A stretch of 64,000 bases of DNA from positions 2,356,001 through 2,420,000 of the forward strand of contig CAWJLW010000006.1 in NCBI GenBank assembly GCA_963843795.1, given 5' to 3'. Every line of letters begins with the position of its first letter. The first letter of the stretch is position 1. Positions 19,676 to 28,001 of the stretch are shown piece after piece. This DNA comes from an uncultured bacterium (GTDB lineage: Bacteria; Armatimonadota; Abditibacteriia; Abditibacteriales; Abditibacteriaceae). The position numbers and the translations under genes are program-made. Below the pieces are notes generated by a model. That model saw only the letters and a list, made by a program, of their open reading frames with translations. It made no database searches and was not told where the DNA came from.

Positions 19676-20710
19676 ATGACTTACGTTCACACCGCCCTGC
19701 GCGCCGTCACAGCGGGCCAGCATTTGTCGGATACAGAAGCGCACGACGCGTTGGACGAAATGATGAGCGGCGAAGCGTCCGCGCTGCAAATTGCCGCACT
19801 TTTGGGCGCACTCAGAATGCGCGGCGAAAGCATTGATGAAATCACCGGCTTCGCACGCGCGATGCGTGAACGCGCTGTTCCGGTGCGTCCGCAGGCGCGA
19901 CCTCTAGTCGATACTTGCGGCACCGGCGGCGATGCCAGCACGCATTCCATCGCGACGTTCAATATTTCCACAGCGGCTTCGTTTATCGCCGCGGGCGCGG
20001 GCGTACACATCGCCAAACACGGCAATCGTGCCATGAGTTCACGCTGCGGCAGCGCCGATGTTTTGGAATCGCTGGGCGTAAATTTGCAAATGGACGCCGA
20101 GAAAATCGCGCGCTGCATTGATGAAATCGGCATCGGTTTTATGTTCGCGCAAAACCATCATCCCGCGATGAAGCATGTCGCGCCGATTCGCCGCGAGTTG
20201 GGCATTCGTACGGTTTTCAACCTGCTCGGCCCATTGGCGAATCCGGCGGGTGCGACGCGTCAAGTGATGGGCGTTTCCGACCGCCGCTGGCTCGAACCGA
20301 TTGCGCAAGTTCTGGTCAATCTGGGCATCGAACGCGCGATTGTGTGCCACTCGCAAGACGGCATGGACGAATTTTCGACCTGCGCGCCCACCGATTACAT
20401 CTTGATTCGCGACGGCCAAATCAGCGCGCACGTTTGCAATCCCGAAGAATTTGGCGTCGCGTGCGCCAACGTGCAAGCCCTTGCGGGCGGCGATGCCGAT
20501 TACAACGCCACAATTATTCAGCAATTGCTGCACGATAGCGCGGGCGCAACCGCCGACATCGCGTGTTTGAACGCCGCGGCGATTTTAGTTGTTGCCGGTT
20601 TGGCCGAAGATTTAATCGAAGGATTGAAGTTAGCGCGCGCCAGCGTCGATGCGGGCGCAGCGCGCGAAAAATTGGCGCGTCTGGCCGAATGGTCACAACA
20701 AGAATCGTAA
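19676..20710 (+). CDS. trpD: Anthranilate phosphoribosyltransferase
   Basis: DTCGTGGD, FNIST, KHGNR and GSADVLE motifs. Confidence 0.96.
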   Translation: MTYVHTALRAVTAGQHLSDTEAHDALDEMMSGEASALQIAALLGALRMRGESIDEITGFARAMRERAVPVRPQARPLVDTCGTGGDASTHSIATFNISTAASFIAAGAGVHIAKHGNRAMSSRCGSADVLESLGVNLQMDAEKIARCIDEIGIGFMFAQNHHPAMKHVAPIRRELGIRTVFNLLGPLANPAGATRQVMGVSDRRWLEPIAQVLVNLGIERAIVCHSQDGMDEFSTCAPTDYILIRDGQISAHVCNPEEFGVACANVQALAGGDADYNATIIQQLLHDSAGATADIACLNAAAILVVAGLAEDLIEGLKLARASVDAGAAREKLARLAEWSQQES

Positions 20711-20763
20711 AAATACGCTGCAAGTACTTGCAACCCACAAATTCTAAATTCCACATTCCAATT

Positions 20764-21558
20764 ATGATTTTGCACGACATTGTCATCGCCACGCGCGCGC
20801 GCTTAGAGCGCGAAATGACCGACGATAACATCTTGAAACTCGAAGCGCGCTTAGAAGAAAAGCTCGCACAAACACCCGTTTTGAAACCCCGTCCGTTCGC
20901 GGCAGCGTTGCGCCACGAAAATCGCTTGGGCTTGATTGCTGAAATCAAAAAAGCCAGCCCGTCCAAAGGCGTTATTGCCGAAAATTTCGACCCGACCAAA
21001 CAGGCCGGAATTTATCGTGCTGGCGGCGCCGATTGCCTGAGCGTTTTGACCGAACCCGATTTTTTTCAAGGCCAATTGAACGACCTCAGCGCGGCGCGCG
21101 AAGTTTCAGGCTTGCCGTGCATTCGCAAAGATTTCATCATCGACCAGTATCAAATCGGTCAGGCGCGTTTGGCCGGTGCCGATTGCGTTTTATTAATCGC
21201 GGCGATTCTGAAAGATTGGGAAATCCGCGCTTTCAAGGCTGCCGCGCATCGTTACGGAATGGACGCTTTGGTCGAAGTGCACGACGAAACCGAAGCCAAG
21301 CGCACGGTCGCCAACGGTTGCAAATTCGTCGGCATCAATAATCGCGATTTGAATACGTTTGAAGTCGATTTGGGCACAACCGAAAAACTGAGAAAATTGT
21401 TGCCCGATGATGTCACAGTCGTCGCGGAATCCGGCGTGTGGAACGGCGACGACGCGCGACGTTTGCGCGATGCCGGAGCCGATGCGCTGCTGGTCGGCGA
21501 AAGTTTGATGCGTTCAGGCGATGTTGCGAGCGCGATTGGGGAATTACTGAAAGCGTGA
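20764..21558 (+). CDS. trpC: Indole-3-glycerol phosphate synthase
   Basis: IAEIKKASPSKG, LSVLTE, RKDFII and GINNRDL motifs. Confidence 0.96.
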   Translation: MILHDIVIATRARLEREMTDDNILKLEARLEEKLAQTPVLKPRPFAAALRHENRLGLIAEIKKASPSKGVIAENFDPTKQAGIYRAGGADCLSVLTEPDFFQGQLNDLSAAREVSGLPCIRKDFIIDQYQIGQARLAGADCVLLIAAILKDWEIRAFKAAAHRYGMDALVEVHDETEAKRTVANGCKFVGINNRDLNTFEVDLGTTEKLRKLLPDDVTVVAESGVWNGDDARRLRDAGADALLVGESLMRSGDVASAIGELLKA

Positions 21559-21567
21559 GGTGAAAAG

Positions 21568-21780
21568 ATGAGTTTAATTTTGGAATTGCCGGAAAAATTG
21601 GAGCAGCAGTTGCGCGATGCCGCCGAAAAAATGCAAACCAGCCCAGAAGTTTTCGCGGTTTCGATGCTCGAAAAAGCGCTGGCGCCGGAGGCAGATAGCG
21701 AATTGAGTGACACCGATTTCGAGGCCGCAGCGAAATACGTCATGGAAAAGAACGCGGAATTATATCGAAGGTTGGCCTGA
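21568..21780 (+). CDS. Putative antitoxin of a Doc/Fic module
   Basis: 70 aa, ending KNAELYRRLA, a tail typical of doc-adjacent antitoxins; its stop overlaps the doc ATG (TGATG). Confidence 0.65.
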   Translation: MSLILELPEKLEQQLRDAAEKMQTSPEVFAVSMLEKALAPEADSELSDTDFEAAAKYVMEKNAELYRRLA

Positions 21781-22170
21781 TGAAATTTCTCACCTTCGAG
21801 CAAATTCTGATTCTGCACGCGCGCGTAATCGAAACAATCGGGCGGCCCGGATGGAATCCGTGATCGCAACGCGATTGAATCGGCGCTGGCACAGCCGCAG
21901 ATGACTTTTGGCGGCCAAGATTTGTATCCAACGTTAGCCGAGAAAGCCGCCGCGCTGGGCTTTTCGCTTATCGCCAATCATCCGTTCGTCGATGGTAACA
22001 AGCGCATCGGTCACGCTGCAATGGAAACTTTTTTGGTAATTAACGGCCACAAAATCGACGCCGATGTGGACGAACAAGAGCGCGTGGTTTTGGCCGTTGC
22101 AGAGGGCGAAATGGAGCACGACGCATGGACGATTTGGGTGCAAAATCATCTGACAACTTTCGAGCGTTGA
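21780..22170 (+). pseudogene. doc: Death-on-curing (Doc/Fic) toxin with a +1 frameshift near 21830-21840
   Basis: ATG 21780 gives MKFLTFEQILILHARVIE; another frame continues GGPDGIRDRNAIESALAQPQMTFGGQDLY...HPFVDGNKR. One extra base in GAAACAATCG separates them. Confidence 0.8.
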
Positions 22171-22195
22171 ACGAATTGAAAGCAAAAGGTAGCGT

Positions 22196-22417
22196 ATGAA
22201 ACTGAATGTCGAAGTGGCCGCTGATGTCGAAAAATGGCTAAGCGGCAAAGCGCACGAGTTGGAAATCAGCACGGAAACTTTCGCCGCGTCAATTTTGGAA
22301 GAAGCGATGTTGCGCGATGCCGAAACGTTGAGCGGCGAAGACCTTGAACTTTTGGCGGGCGATGTGGTTGATATTGTCGATGATGAAGACAGTACGAAAA
22401 ATTCAACGCCTAAGTGA
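22196..22417 (+). CDS. Small acidic protein, apparent paralogue of the antitoxin at 21568
   Basis: MKLNVEVAADVEKWLSGKAHELEISTETFAASILEEAM resembles MSLILELPEKLEQQLRDAAEKMQTSPEVFAVSMLEKAL; AAAGG RBS upstream. Confidence 0.55.
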   Translation: MKLNVEVAADVEKWLSGKAHELEISTETFAASILEEAMLRDAETLSGEDLELLAGDVVDIVDDEDSTKNSTPK

Positions 22418-22424
22418 ATTTGAG

Positions 22425-22466
22425 AACAAAAAGCGCGCTGCAAGTACTTGCAGCGCGCTTTTTGTT
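22425..22466. terminator. Perfect 42-bp palindrome centred on the repeat, probable bidirectional terminator
   Basis: AACAAAAAGCGCGCTGCAAGT|ACTTGCAGCGCGCTTTTTGTT between convergent genes. Confidence 0.75.
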
Positions 22467-23021
22467 TTATTGGGCGTTCAATTCCTGCAACATATTACAA
22501 AACAGCGCGCCTTGCTCGATGGCATCATCGAGCGCGCGATGCGTATGCGGCAAATCATCGAACCAATGGCGTGGCATCCGGCGTTTAGTGGCATTACGAT
22601 AATCGACTTTGAGCAGCGCCATGGCCAGCGTTTTCATATCGAGCGCCGAATGCGAAAACGGGCTTTCGCCCACAAAGCGCATTAAATACCAATACACGAA
22701 CAGAAAATCGAATGCGGCGGGATAACCAACGAAAACCGGCTTTCCCGGCAAGTTTTGAAGCCACTGCAAGTACTTGCGCATTGCAATTTCTGGCGTTTGC
22801 AAATCGCTCCGGCACGCTTGCCACGCGTCCGGCTGCGTTTCCCACCACGCCATCGTTTGGGCGTCAATTGTGGCTTCGGGCAGGGTTTCCAAGTTGGCTT
22901 CAAAAGTCGCAACCAAAATTTTATCGGGCCAATAGGCCGCCGAACCGAAACTGAGCATCGAGTTCTGGCCGGGAATCGGGCCATCAGTTTCAATATCGGT
23001 GCTGACGTAAATTTCTTTCAT
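22467..23021 (-). CDS. DEDDh 3'-5' exonuclease/exoribonuclease
   Basis: [12 protein letters not shown] and HRALDDA motifs. Confidence 0.85.
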   Translation of the reverse strand: MKEIYVSTDIETDGPIPGQNSMLSFGSAAYWPDKILVATFEANLETLPEATIDAQTMAWWETQPDAWQACRSDLQTPEIAMRKYLQWLQNLPGKPVFVGYPAAFDFLFVYWYLMRFVGESPFSHSALDMKTLAMALLKVDYRNATKRRMPRHWFDDLPHTHRALDDAIEQGALFCNMLQELNAQ

Positions 23022-23114
23022 GTTTCTCTCGTTTTGTCGGCGTGCCATTTATTATTTTCGCCAAACGCAGAAAACTTTGCGCGCAACTGGTAAAACTAAG
23101 ATGCGAACCGAATT

Positions 23115-24365
23115 ATGAATGCTACTCAACTCGAAACAACTCAACCCGAAGGTGCGCTGACCAAAGCTGCGGTTTCCGAGCAAATGACTTCTTCTTTGCG
23201 CGGTCATTTTGGCGATTTCGGTGGGCAATATGTGCCGGAAACACTGATGGTCGCGCTGCGTGAACTGGAAGACATTTACAACGAAGCGCGCGAAGACCAG
23301 GCGTTTCAAGACGAACTCGCCGGTCTTTTGCGCGATTTCGCCGGACGTCCGACGCCGCTTTACTACGCCGAACGCTTGAGTGAGCATTTCGGCGGCGCGA
23401 AAATTTATCTCAAGCGCGAAGATTTGCTGCACACCGGCGCGCACAAAATCAACAACGCGCTGGGCCAAGCTTTGTTGGCCAAACGCATGGGCAAGCCGCG
23501 TTTGATTGCCGAAACTGGAGCCGGTCAGCACGGCGTCGCGACCGCGACTGTCGCCGCACGCTTTGGTTTTCAATGCGATGTTTACATGGGCGAAGAAGAC
23601 ACGCAGCGTCAGGCGCTCAACGTGTTTCGCATGCGACTTCTGGGCACGCGCGTGATTCCAGTTTCGAGCGGCACCAAAACGCTCAAAGACGCCACCAACG
23701 AAGCGATGCGCGACTGGGTGACCAATGTGCGCGACACGCATTACATTATCGGCTCGGTCGTCGGCCCGCATCCGTTTCCCACCATGGTGCGCGATTTTCA
23801 CGCGGTGACGGGACAGGAAGCGCGCCAGCAAAGTTTGGATCAACTGGGACGTTTGCCCGATGCGTGCGTGGCGTGCGTCGGCGGCGGCTCGAACGCGATG
23901 GGAATTTTCTATCCGTTCGTCGAAGATATTGATGTGCGCTTAATCGGCGTCGAAGCCGCAGGCGATGGCTTGGAAACCGACCGTCACGCCGCACCGCTCA
24001 ATCGCGGTTCGAAGGGCGTTTTGCATGGCAGTTTGAGCATGATTATGCAAGACAAAGCTGGCCAAATTTCGCCCACGCACTCGATTTCGGCGGGCCTGGA
24101 TTATCCCGGCGTCGGCCCCGAGCACGCGCATTTGCACCAAACCGGACGCGCCCAATACGTCGCCGTCACCGATCAAGAAGCCTTAGAAGCTTTGCAGTTG
24201 TTGTGCAAATTGGAAGGTATTCTGCCCGCTCTCGAATCGAGCCACGCGCTGGCCTATTTGCCCGAACTGTGCAAAGAATTGGGGCCGGACGGCATCATCG
24301 TTTTAAACCTGTCGGGGCGCGGCGACAAAGACGTGCAAACCGTGCAAAATGCGCTCGACGCTTAA
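23115..24365 (+). CDS. trpB: Tryptophan synthase beta chain
   Basis: [24 protein letters not shown] and [15 protein letters not shown] motifs. Confidence 0.98.
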   Translation: MNATQLETTQPEGALTKAAVSEQMTSSLRGHFGDFGGQYVPETLMVALRELEDIYNEAREDQAFQDELAGLLRDFAGRPTPLYYAERLSEHFGGAKIYLKREDLLHTGAHKINNALGQALLAKRMGKPRLIAETGAGQHGVATATVAARFGFQCDVYMGEEDTQRQALNVFRMRLLGTRVIPVSSGTKTLKDATNEAMRDWVTNVRDTHYIIGSVVGPHPFPTMVRDFHAVTGQEARQQSLDQLGRLPDACVACVGGGSNAMGIFYPFVEDIDVRLIGVEAAGDGLETDRHAAPLNRGSKGVLHGSLSMIMQDKAGQISPTHSISAGLDYPGVGPEHAHLHQTGRAQYVAVTDQEALEALQLLCKLEGILPALESSHALAYLPELCKELGPDGIIVLNLSGRGDKDVQTVQNALDA

Positions 24366-24373
24366 TTAATTTC

Positions 24374-24482
24374 AACCACAGAGGTCGGGGAGGACACAGA
24401 GATTATTGCGAAAAGCGCGCTGCAAGTACTTGCAAACAGATTCTCATTAAAAATCTCTGTATTCTCCGTGGCCTCTGTGGTT
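24374..24482. repeat. Second REP/MITE-like inverted-repeat element enclosing the palindrome
   Basis: AACCACAGAGGTCGGGGAGGACACAGAGATT (24374-24404) pairs at 26 of 31 positions with AATCTCTGTATTCTCCGTGGCCTCTGTGGTT (24452-24482); core at 24423. Confidence 0.75.
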
Positions 24483-24489
24483 CATTCCT

Positions 24490-25293
24490 ATGTCTCGATT
24501 GAAAAAAACTTTTGATGATTTACGCGCGCGCAACGAGCGCGCGTTGGTGCCGTTTGTGACTTGCGGCGATCCAGATTTGAACGTGACGCGCGATTTGATG
24601 CTGGCTTACATCGAAGCCGGAGCCGATGTGGTCGAAGTCGGCATTCCGTTCACCGATCCATTGGCCGATGGGCCGACAATTCAGCGCGCCAGCGAGCGCG
24701 CTTTGGCAGCGGGTACGACGATGGACGATGCGCTGCAACTGATTTCCGAAGTGCGCGCGCAAACCCAAGTGCCGATTGTGCCGATGACTTATATCAATCC
24801 GGTCTATCAAATCGGCTACGAAAGTTTCGCGCAGCGTTGCGCGCAAGTCGGCGCCGATGGCGTGATTATCTCCGATTTGCCGCCCGAAGAAGGCGCCGAT
24901 TGGATCGAAGCCGGAGCCAATTACGGCGTCGATACGGTTTTTCTGCTGGCTCCGACTTCGGATGAAACGCGCTTGCAAAGCGTGGCGCAATCAGCGAGCG
25001 GTTTCATTTACGCCGTCGCGCGTTTAGGCGTAACTGGCGCGCGCGATGATGTGCCGCCCGAAATCGGCGATTTGATTGGACGGATTCGCGCGCATTCTGA
25101 TACGCCAATTTGTGCGGGATTTGGTTTTTCTTCGGCCCAGCAAATTCGCCGCACTTGTGCGGAAAGCGAACTCGATGGCATCGTGGTTGCCTCGGCTTTG
25201 ATTGACCGTTTCGAGAAAACACAAGGCACGACTGGGCAACGCATCGAAGCCGCAGCCCGCTTGGTGCGCGAATTAAAAGACGCGACGCGTTAA
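24490..25293 (+). CDS. trpA: Tryptophan synthase alpha chain
   Basis: EVGIPFTDPLADGPTIQ, DLPPEE and GVTGAR motifs. Confidence 0.97.
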   Translation: MSRLKKTFDDLRARNERALVPFVTCGDPDLNVTRDLMLAYIEAGADVVEVGIPFTDPLADGPTIQRASERALAAGTTMDDALQLISEVRAQTQVPIVPMTYINPVYQIGYESFAQRCAQVGADGVIISDLPPEEGADWIEAGANYGVDTVFLLAPTSDETRLQSVAQSASGFIYAVARLGVTGARDDVPPEIGDLIGRIRAHSDTPICAGFGFSSAQQIRRTCAESELDGIVVASALIDRFEKTQGTTGQRIEAAARLVRELKDATR

Positions 25294-25335
25294 AAGTGCG
25301 GTGCAAGTACTTGCCGCATAAATTTGAGGAAAGTT

Positions 25336-26082
25336 ATGACTTTGAACAGCGAACAAAAACTTCATTTGAGAAATCAAGGTTTCGTGCAGCTCGAAAGCGC
25401 TATCCCACCCGAACTAGTCGAGCGCGCGCAACAAACGATCAACTGGAAAATGGGTCAGGGCATTCCTGCTGACAAACTCACAACGTGGAGCAGTCAATCG
25501 TTTTTTCCCGAATTGCAAGGCACGCCCACTATTACCGATTTGATGAATGCTTCCGGCTTGATTCCCACGCTGGAAAGCGTGCTGGGCGAAAATACGGTTT
25601 CTCCGGCGCGTGGAGGACAAATCGCGTTGCGTTTCCCGCGCGAACCGGGTACGCCGCCGCAACCCCCACATCCTCACATCGACGGCATTTATTCTCCGCA
25701 CAACGGCGTGCCCAAAGGCACTGTCGGGAGTTTCACCGCACTAATCGGCGTATTGCTAAGCGATTTAACACGCGACAATGCGGGCAATTTTTGCGTGTGG
25801 CCAGCTTCTCACCAGAAGCTGAATGCGCATTTCCGAGAACATGGCACCGACGAACTGTTCGCGGGCCAAATGCCCAAAATTGACCTAGGCACGCCGCATC
25901 AAATTCGGGGCAAAGCTGGCGATGCGGTTTTGTGCCATTATCAACTGGCACACAGCGCAGTGGCGAACGTCGGGCCGCTACCGCGTTATGCGATTTTCTT
26001 CCGCGTTACCCATCCTAATCACAATGATGACCGTGCGGCGCGCTTGCAGAATTTGTGGATGGATTGGCCGGGCATTTCGTAA
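25336..26082 (+). CDS. Phytanoyl-CoA dioxygenase (2OG-Fe(II)) family protein
   Basis: HID...WPASH...GDAVL.H.Q..H pattern; GAGG RBS upstream. Confidence 0.8.
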   Translation: MTLNSEQKLHLRNQGFVQLESAIPPELVERAQQTINWKMGQGIPADKLTTWSSQSFFPELQGTPTITDLMNASGLIPTLESVLGENTVSPARGGQIALRFPREPGTPPQPPHPHIDGIYSPHNGVPKGTVGSFTALIGVLLSDLTRDNAGNFCVWPASHQKLNAHFREHGTDELFAGQMPKIDLGTPHQIRGKAGDAVLCHYQLAHSAVANVGPLPRYAIFFRVTHPNHNDDRAARLQNLWMDWPGIS

Positions 26083-26134
26083 AGTTAGTGCGCTGCAAGT
26101 ACTTGCATCACGTTTTTCCTCTGCTCTCTAAATT

Positions 26135-26947
26135 ATGGCACGCACAGCCGCATCGGTTCCTTTTGCGACGCGCGCAATTGTTTTGCGGGTGCGGCCTTTG
26201 GGCGAAAAAGACCGTATCGCGACAGTTTTCGCGCCCGATATCGGACGTTTTGGCGCGGTCGCGCGCGGCGCACGGGCGACGAAATCGAAGCTGGCCGCAG
26301 TCGCACAACCCTTCGTGAGCGGGCGTTTCTTATTTGCCCGCGGGCGTTCTCTGGACACATTAACGCAGGTCGAAATCGAAAACGCGCATTTTCATCTGGC
26401 AACGCACGCGCTGGGCGGCGCGTGGGCGACTTATTGTTGCGAACTGTGCGATGCTTTGCCCGAACGCCATCCCGAACCGGAAATTTTTCATACCCTGTCC
26501 GACACTTTGAGCGCAATGGATGCGCTGTGTGCCGAAAATGCCGAAAATGCCACACTGATTTTAATCGGTCACTGGTTTGAAATTCGCTTTCTGGCTCTGT
26601 TGGGTTATCCCAGCCAAATCGGGCGTTGTGTGGAATGCGAACGAAAAATCGTGGTGCCTCCAGGAAATGACACGCGAACTATCGCGTTTTCTCCTCAGCG
26701 CGGAGGAACGCTATGCGAACAATGCGCGCGCCTGGATGCCGGACGAATGACGCCGAGTGTGGCGACTTTGCGACGCTGGCACGCTTTGGAGCGCATGGAA
26801 AGCGCGACGCAAGTACTTGCGGGCGAATTGCCATCGCCCAAGCTGCTGGGCGAATTGCGCGATTTACTGCGGCGACAAATCACCACTCATCTGGATATGC
26901 GTTTACGTTCGCGGCGTTTTCTGGATGATGTTTCTCAAGCGTTATAA
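26135..26947 (+). CDS. recO: DNA repair protein RecO
   Basis: LGEKDRI...ARGAR; zinc finger CVEC...CEQC. Confidence 0.9.
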   Translation: MARTAASVPFATRAIVLRVRPLGEKDRIATVFAPDIGRFGAVARGARATKSKLAAVAQPFVSGRFLFARGRSLDTLTQVEIENAHFHLATHALGGAWATYCCELCDALPERHPEPEIFHTLSDTLSAMDALCAENAENATLILIGHWFEIRFLALLGYPSQIGRCVECERKIVVPPGNDTRTIAFSPQRGGTLCEQCARLDAGRMTPSVATLRRWHALERMESATQVLAGELPSPKLLGELRDLLRRQITTHLDMRLRSRRFLDDVSQAL

Positions 26948-26978
26948 CGCGTATTGTTAAGGGCGAAATGCGTTCGGG

Positions 26979-27007
26979 TTCAAAAAAATTGAAAAATCGC
27001 GTATAAT
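26979..27007 (+). promoter_or_regulatory. Putative sigma70 promoter
   Basis: TTCAAA-17 bp-TATAAT upstream of the 27078 gene. Confidence 0.45.
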
Positions 27008-27077
27008 GAGGGGCGGCACAGCGCGAAAATTGTAGAAAGTTGCGACTTCGATTTTGAATCAGAGGGAGGATCATTCG

Positions 27078-27836
27078 ATGGATTCACCGGTTTCCTCAAC
27101 GCCAAATGGCACCAGGAATGAGAATGCAGAAGGGACGAACGACCATGCGAGTCAGGATTCAAGTGGCCCCGATTTAGATTGGGTGTGGCGTGAAGTACGC
27201 AAACGCGTGTTTTTGAAAGTGCCTTTTGGCATCGGTATCAAAGATGCGCTCGAAGCAGCTCATCCGATTGCATTCGACAACGATCATTTCGTGGTCGGTT
27301 TACATCCGCGCCACTCTGCCCTGACCAGTAACCTGACCACGCCGCATATTCAGAACACTATCGAAAACATTCTCAGCAGCGCTTCTCATCGTCCGATTAA
27401 ATTGGAAGTGATAGAAGGTGTTTCCGAAGCCGACTGGCATCTGGTGCGCAACCGGCGCAATCGCGCGCAGGAAGCGGTTGTCGAAATGGCGCAAAAGCAT
27501 TCCGACGCTCATCATTTCGACGATGTACTGAACCAAATCGTGGGCGAAATTCGCGCGAACTTGGCCAGCACCAAAGATCGCGGTTTGCCGCAGGTGCGCG
27601 CTCAGATGATGCTGGACGTAGTACCCAGCATGGCCGATGCGTGCGAAATGTTATTTCCCGATCCTGATGCCCACGAAGCCCGTCGCGCGATGGCGCGTGC
27701 CATTGATCGCGTGGCGTCGTTTTTAGAAGTGCAGCCGATCATTTTAGCTTTGGAAATTGAACGTTATCGCCGTCAAGAAGGACACGATGTCAAATCGAGT
27801 ATGCGCGCTTCCAACGCGGCAGTTGGCAACGCTTAA
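27078..27836 (+). CDS. Hypothetical protein, possible DnaA-N/DciA-like N-terminal fold
   Basis: Strong GGGAGG RBS and an open frame; the fold assignment is by eye only. Confidence 0.6.
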   Translation: MDSPVSSTPNGTRNENAEGTNDHASQDSSGPDLDWVWREVRKRVFLKVPFGIGIKDALEAAHPIAFDNDHFVVGLHPRHSALTSNLTTPHIQNTIENILSSASHRPIKLEVIEGVSEADWHLVRNRRNRAQEAVVEMAQKHSDAHHFDDVLNQIVGEIRANLASTKDRGLPQVRAQMMLDVVPSMADACEMLFPDPDAHEARRAMARAIDRVASFLEVQPIILALEIERYRRQEGHDVKSSMRASNAAVGNA

Positions 27837-28001
27837 TTGCCGCGTGTGCATATCGCGCTCCTTATTTTGTGCGCTGATAAAATTGCCATTCTGAATGGAA
27901 CCTGCGGTTCGGTAGGTTCTCTCACTTGCTACTGGTTAAACTACTTAATCATCTTAATCATCGTCTTCGCCTCATAATTTTGCGGAGGCCCAACTCCGCC
28001 C

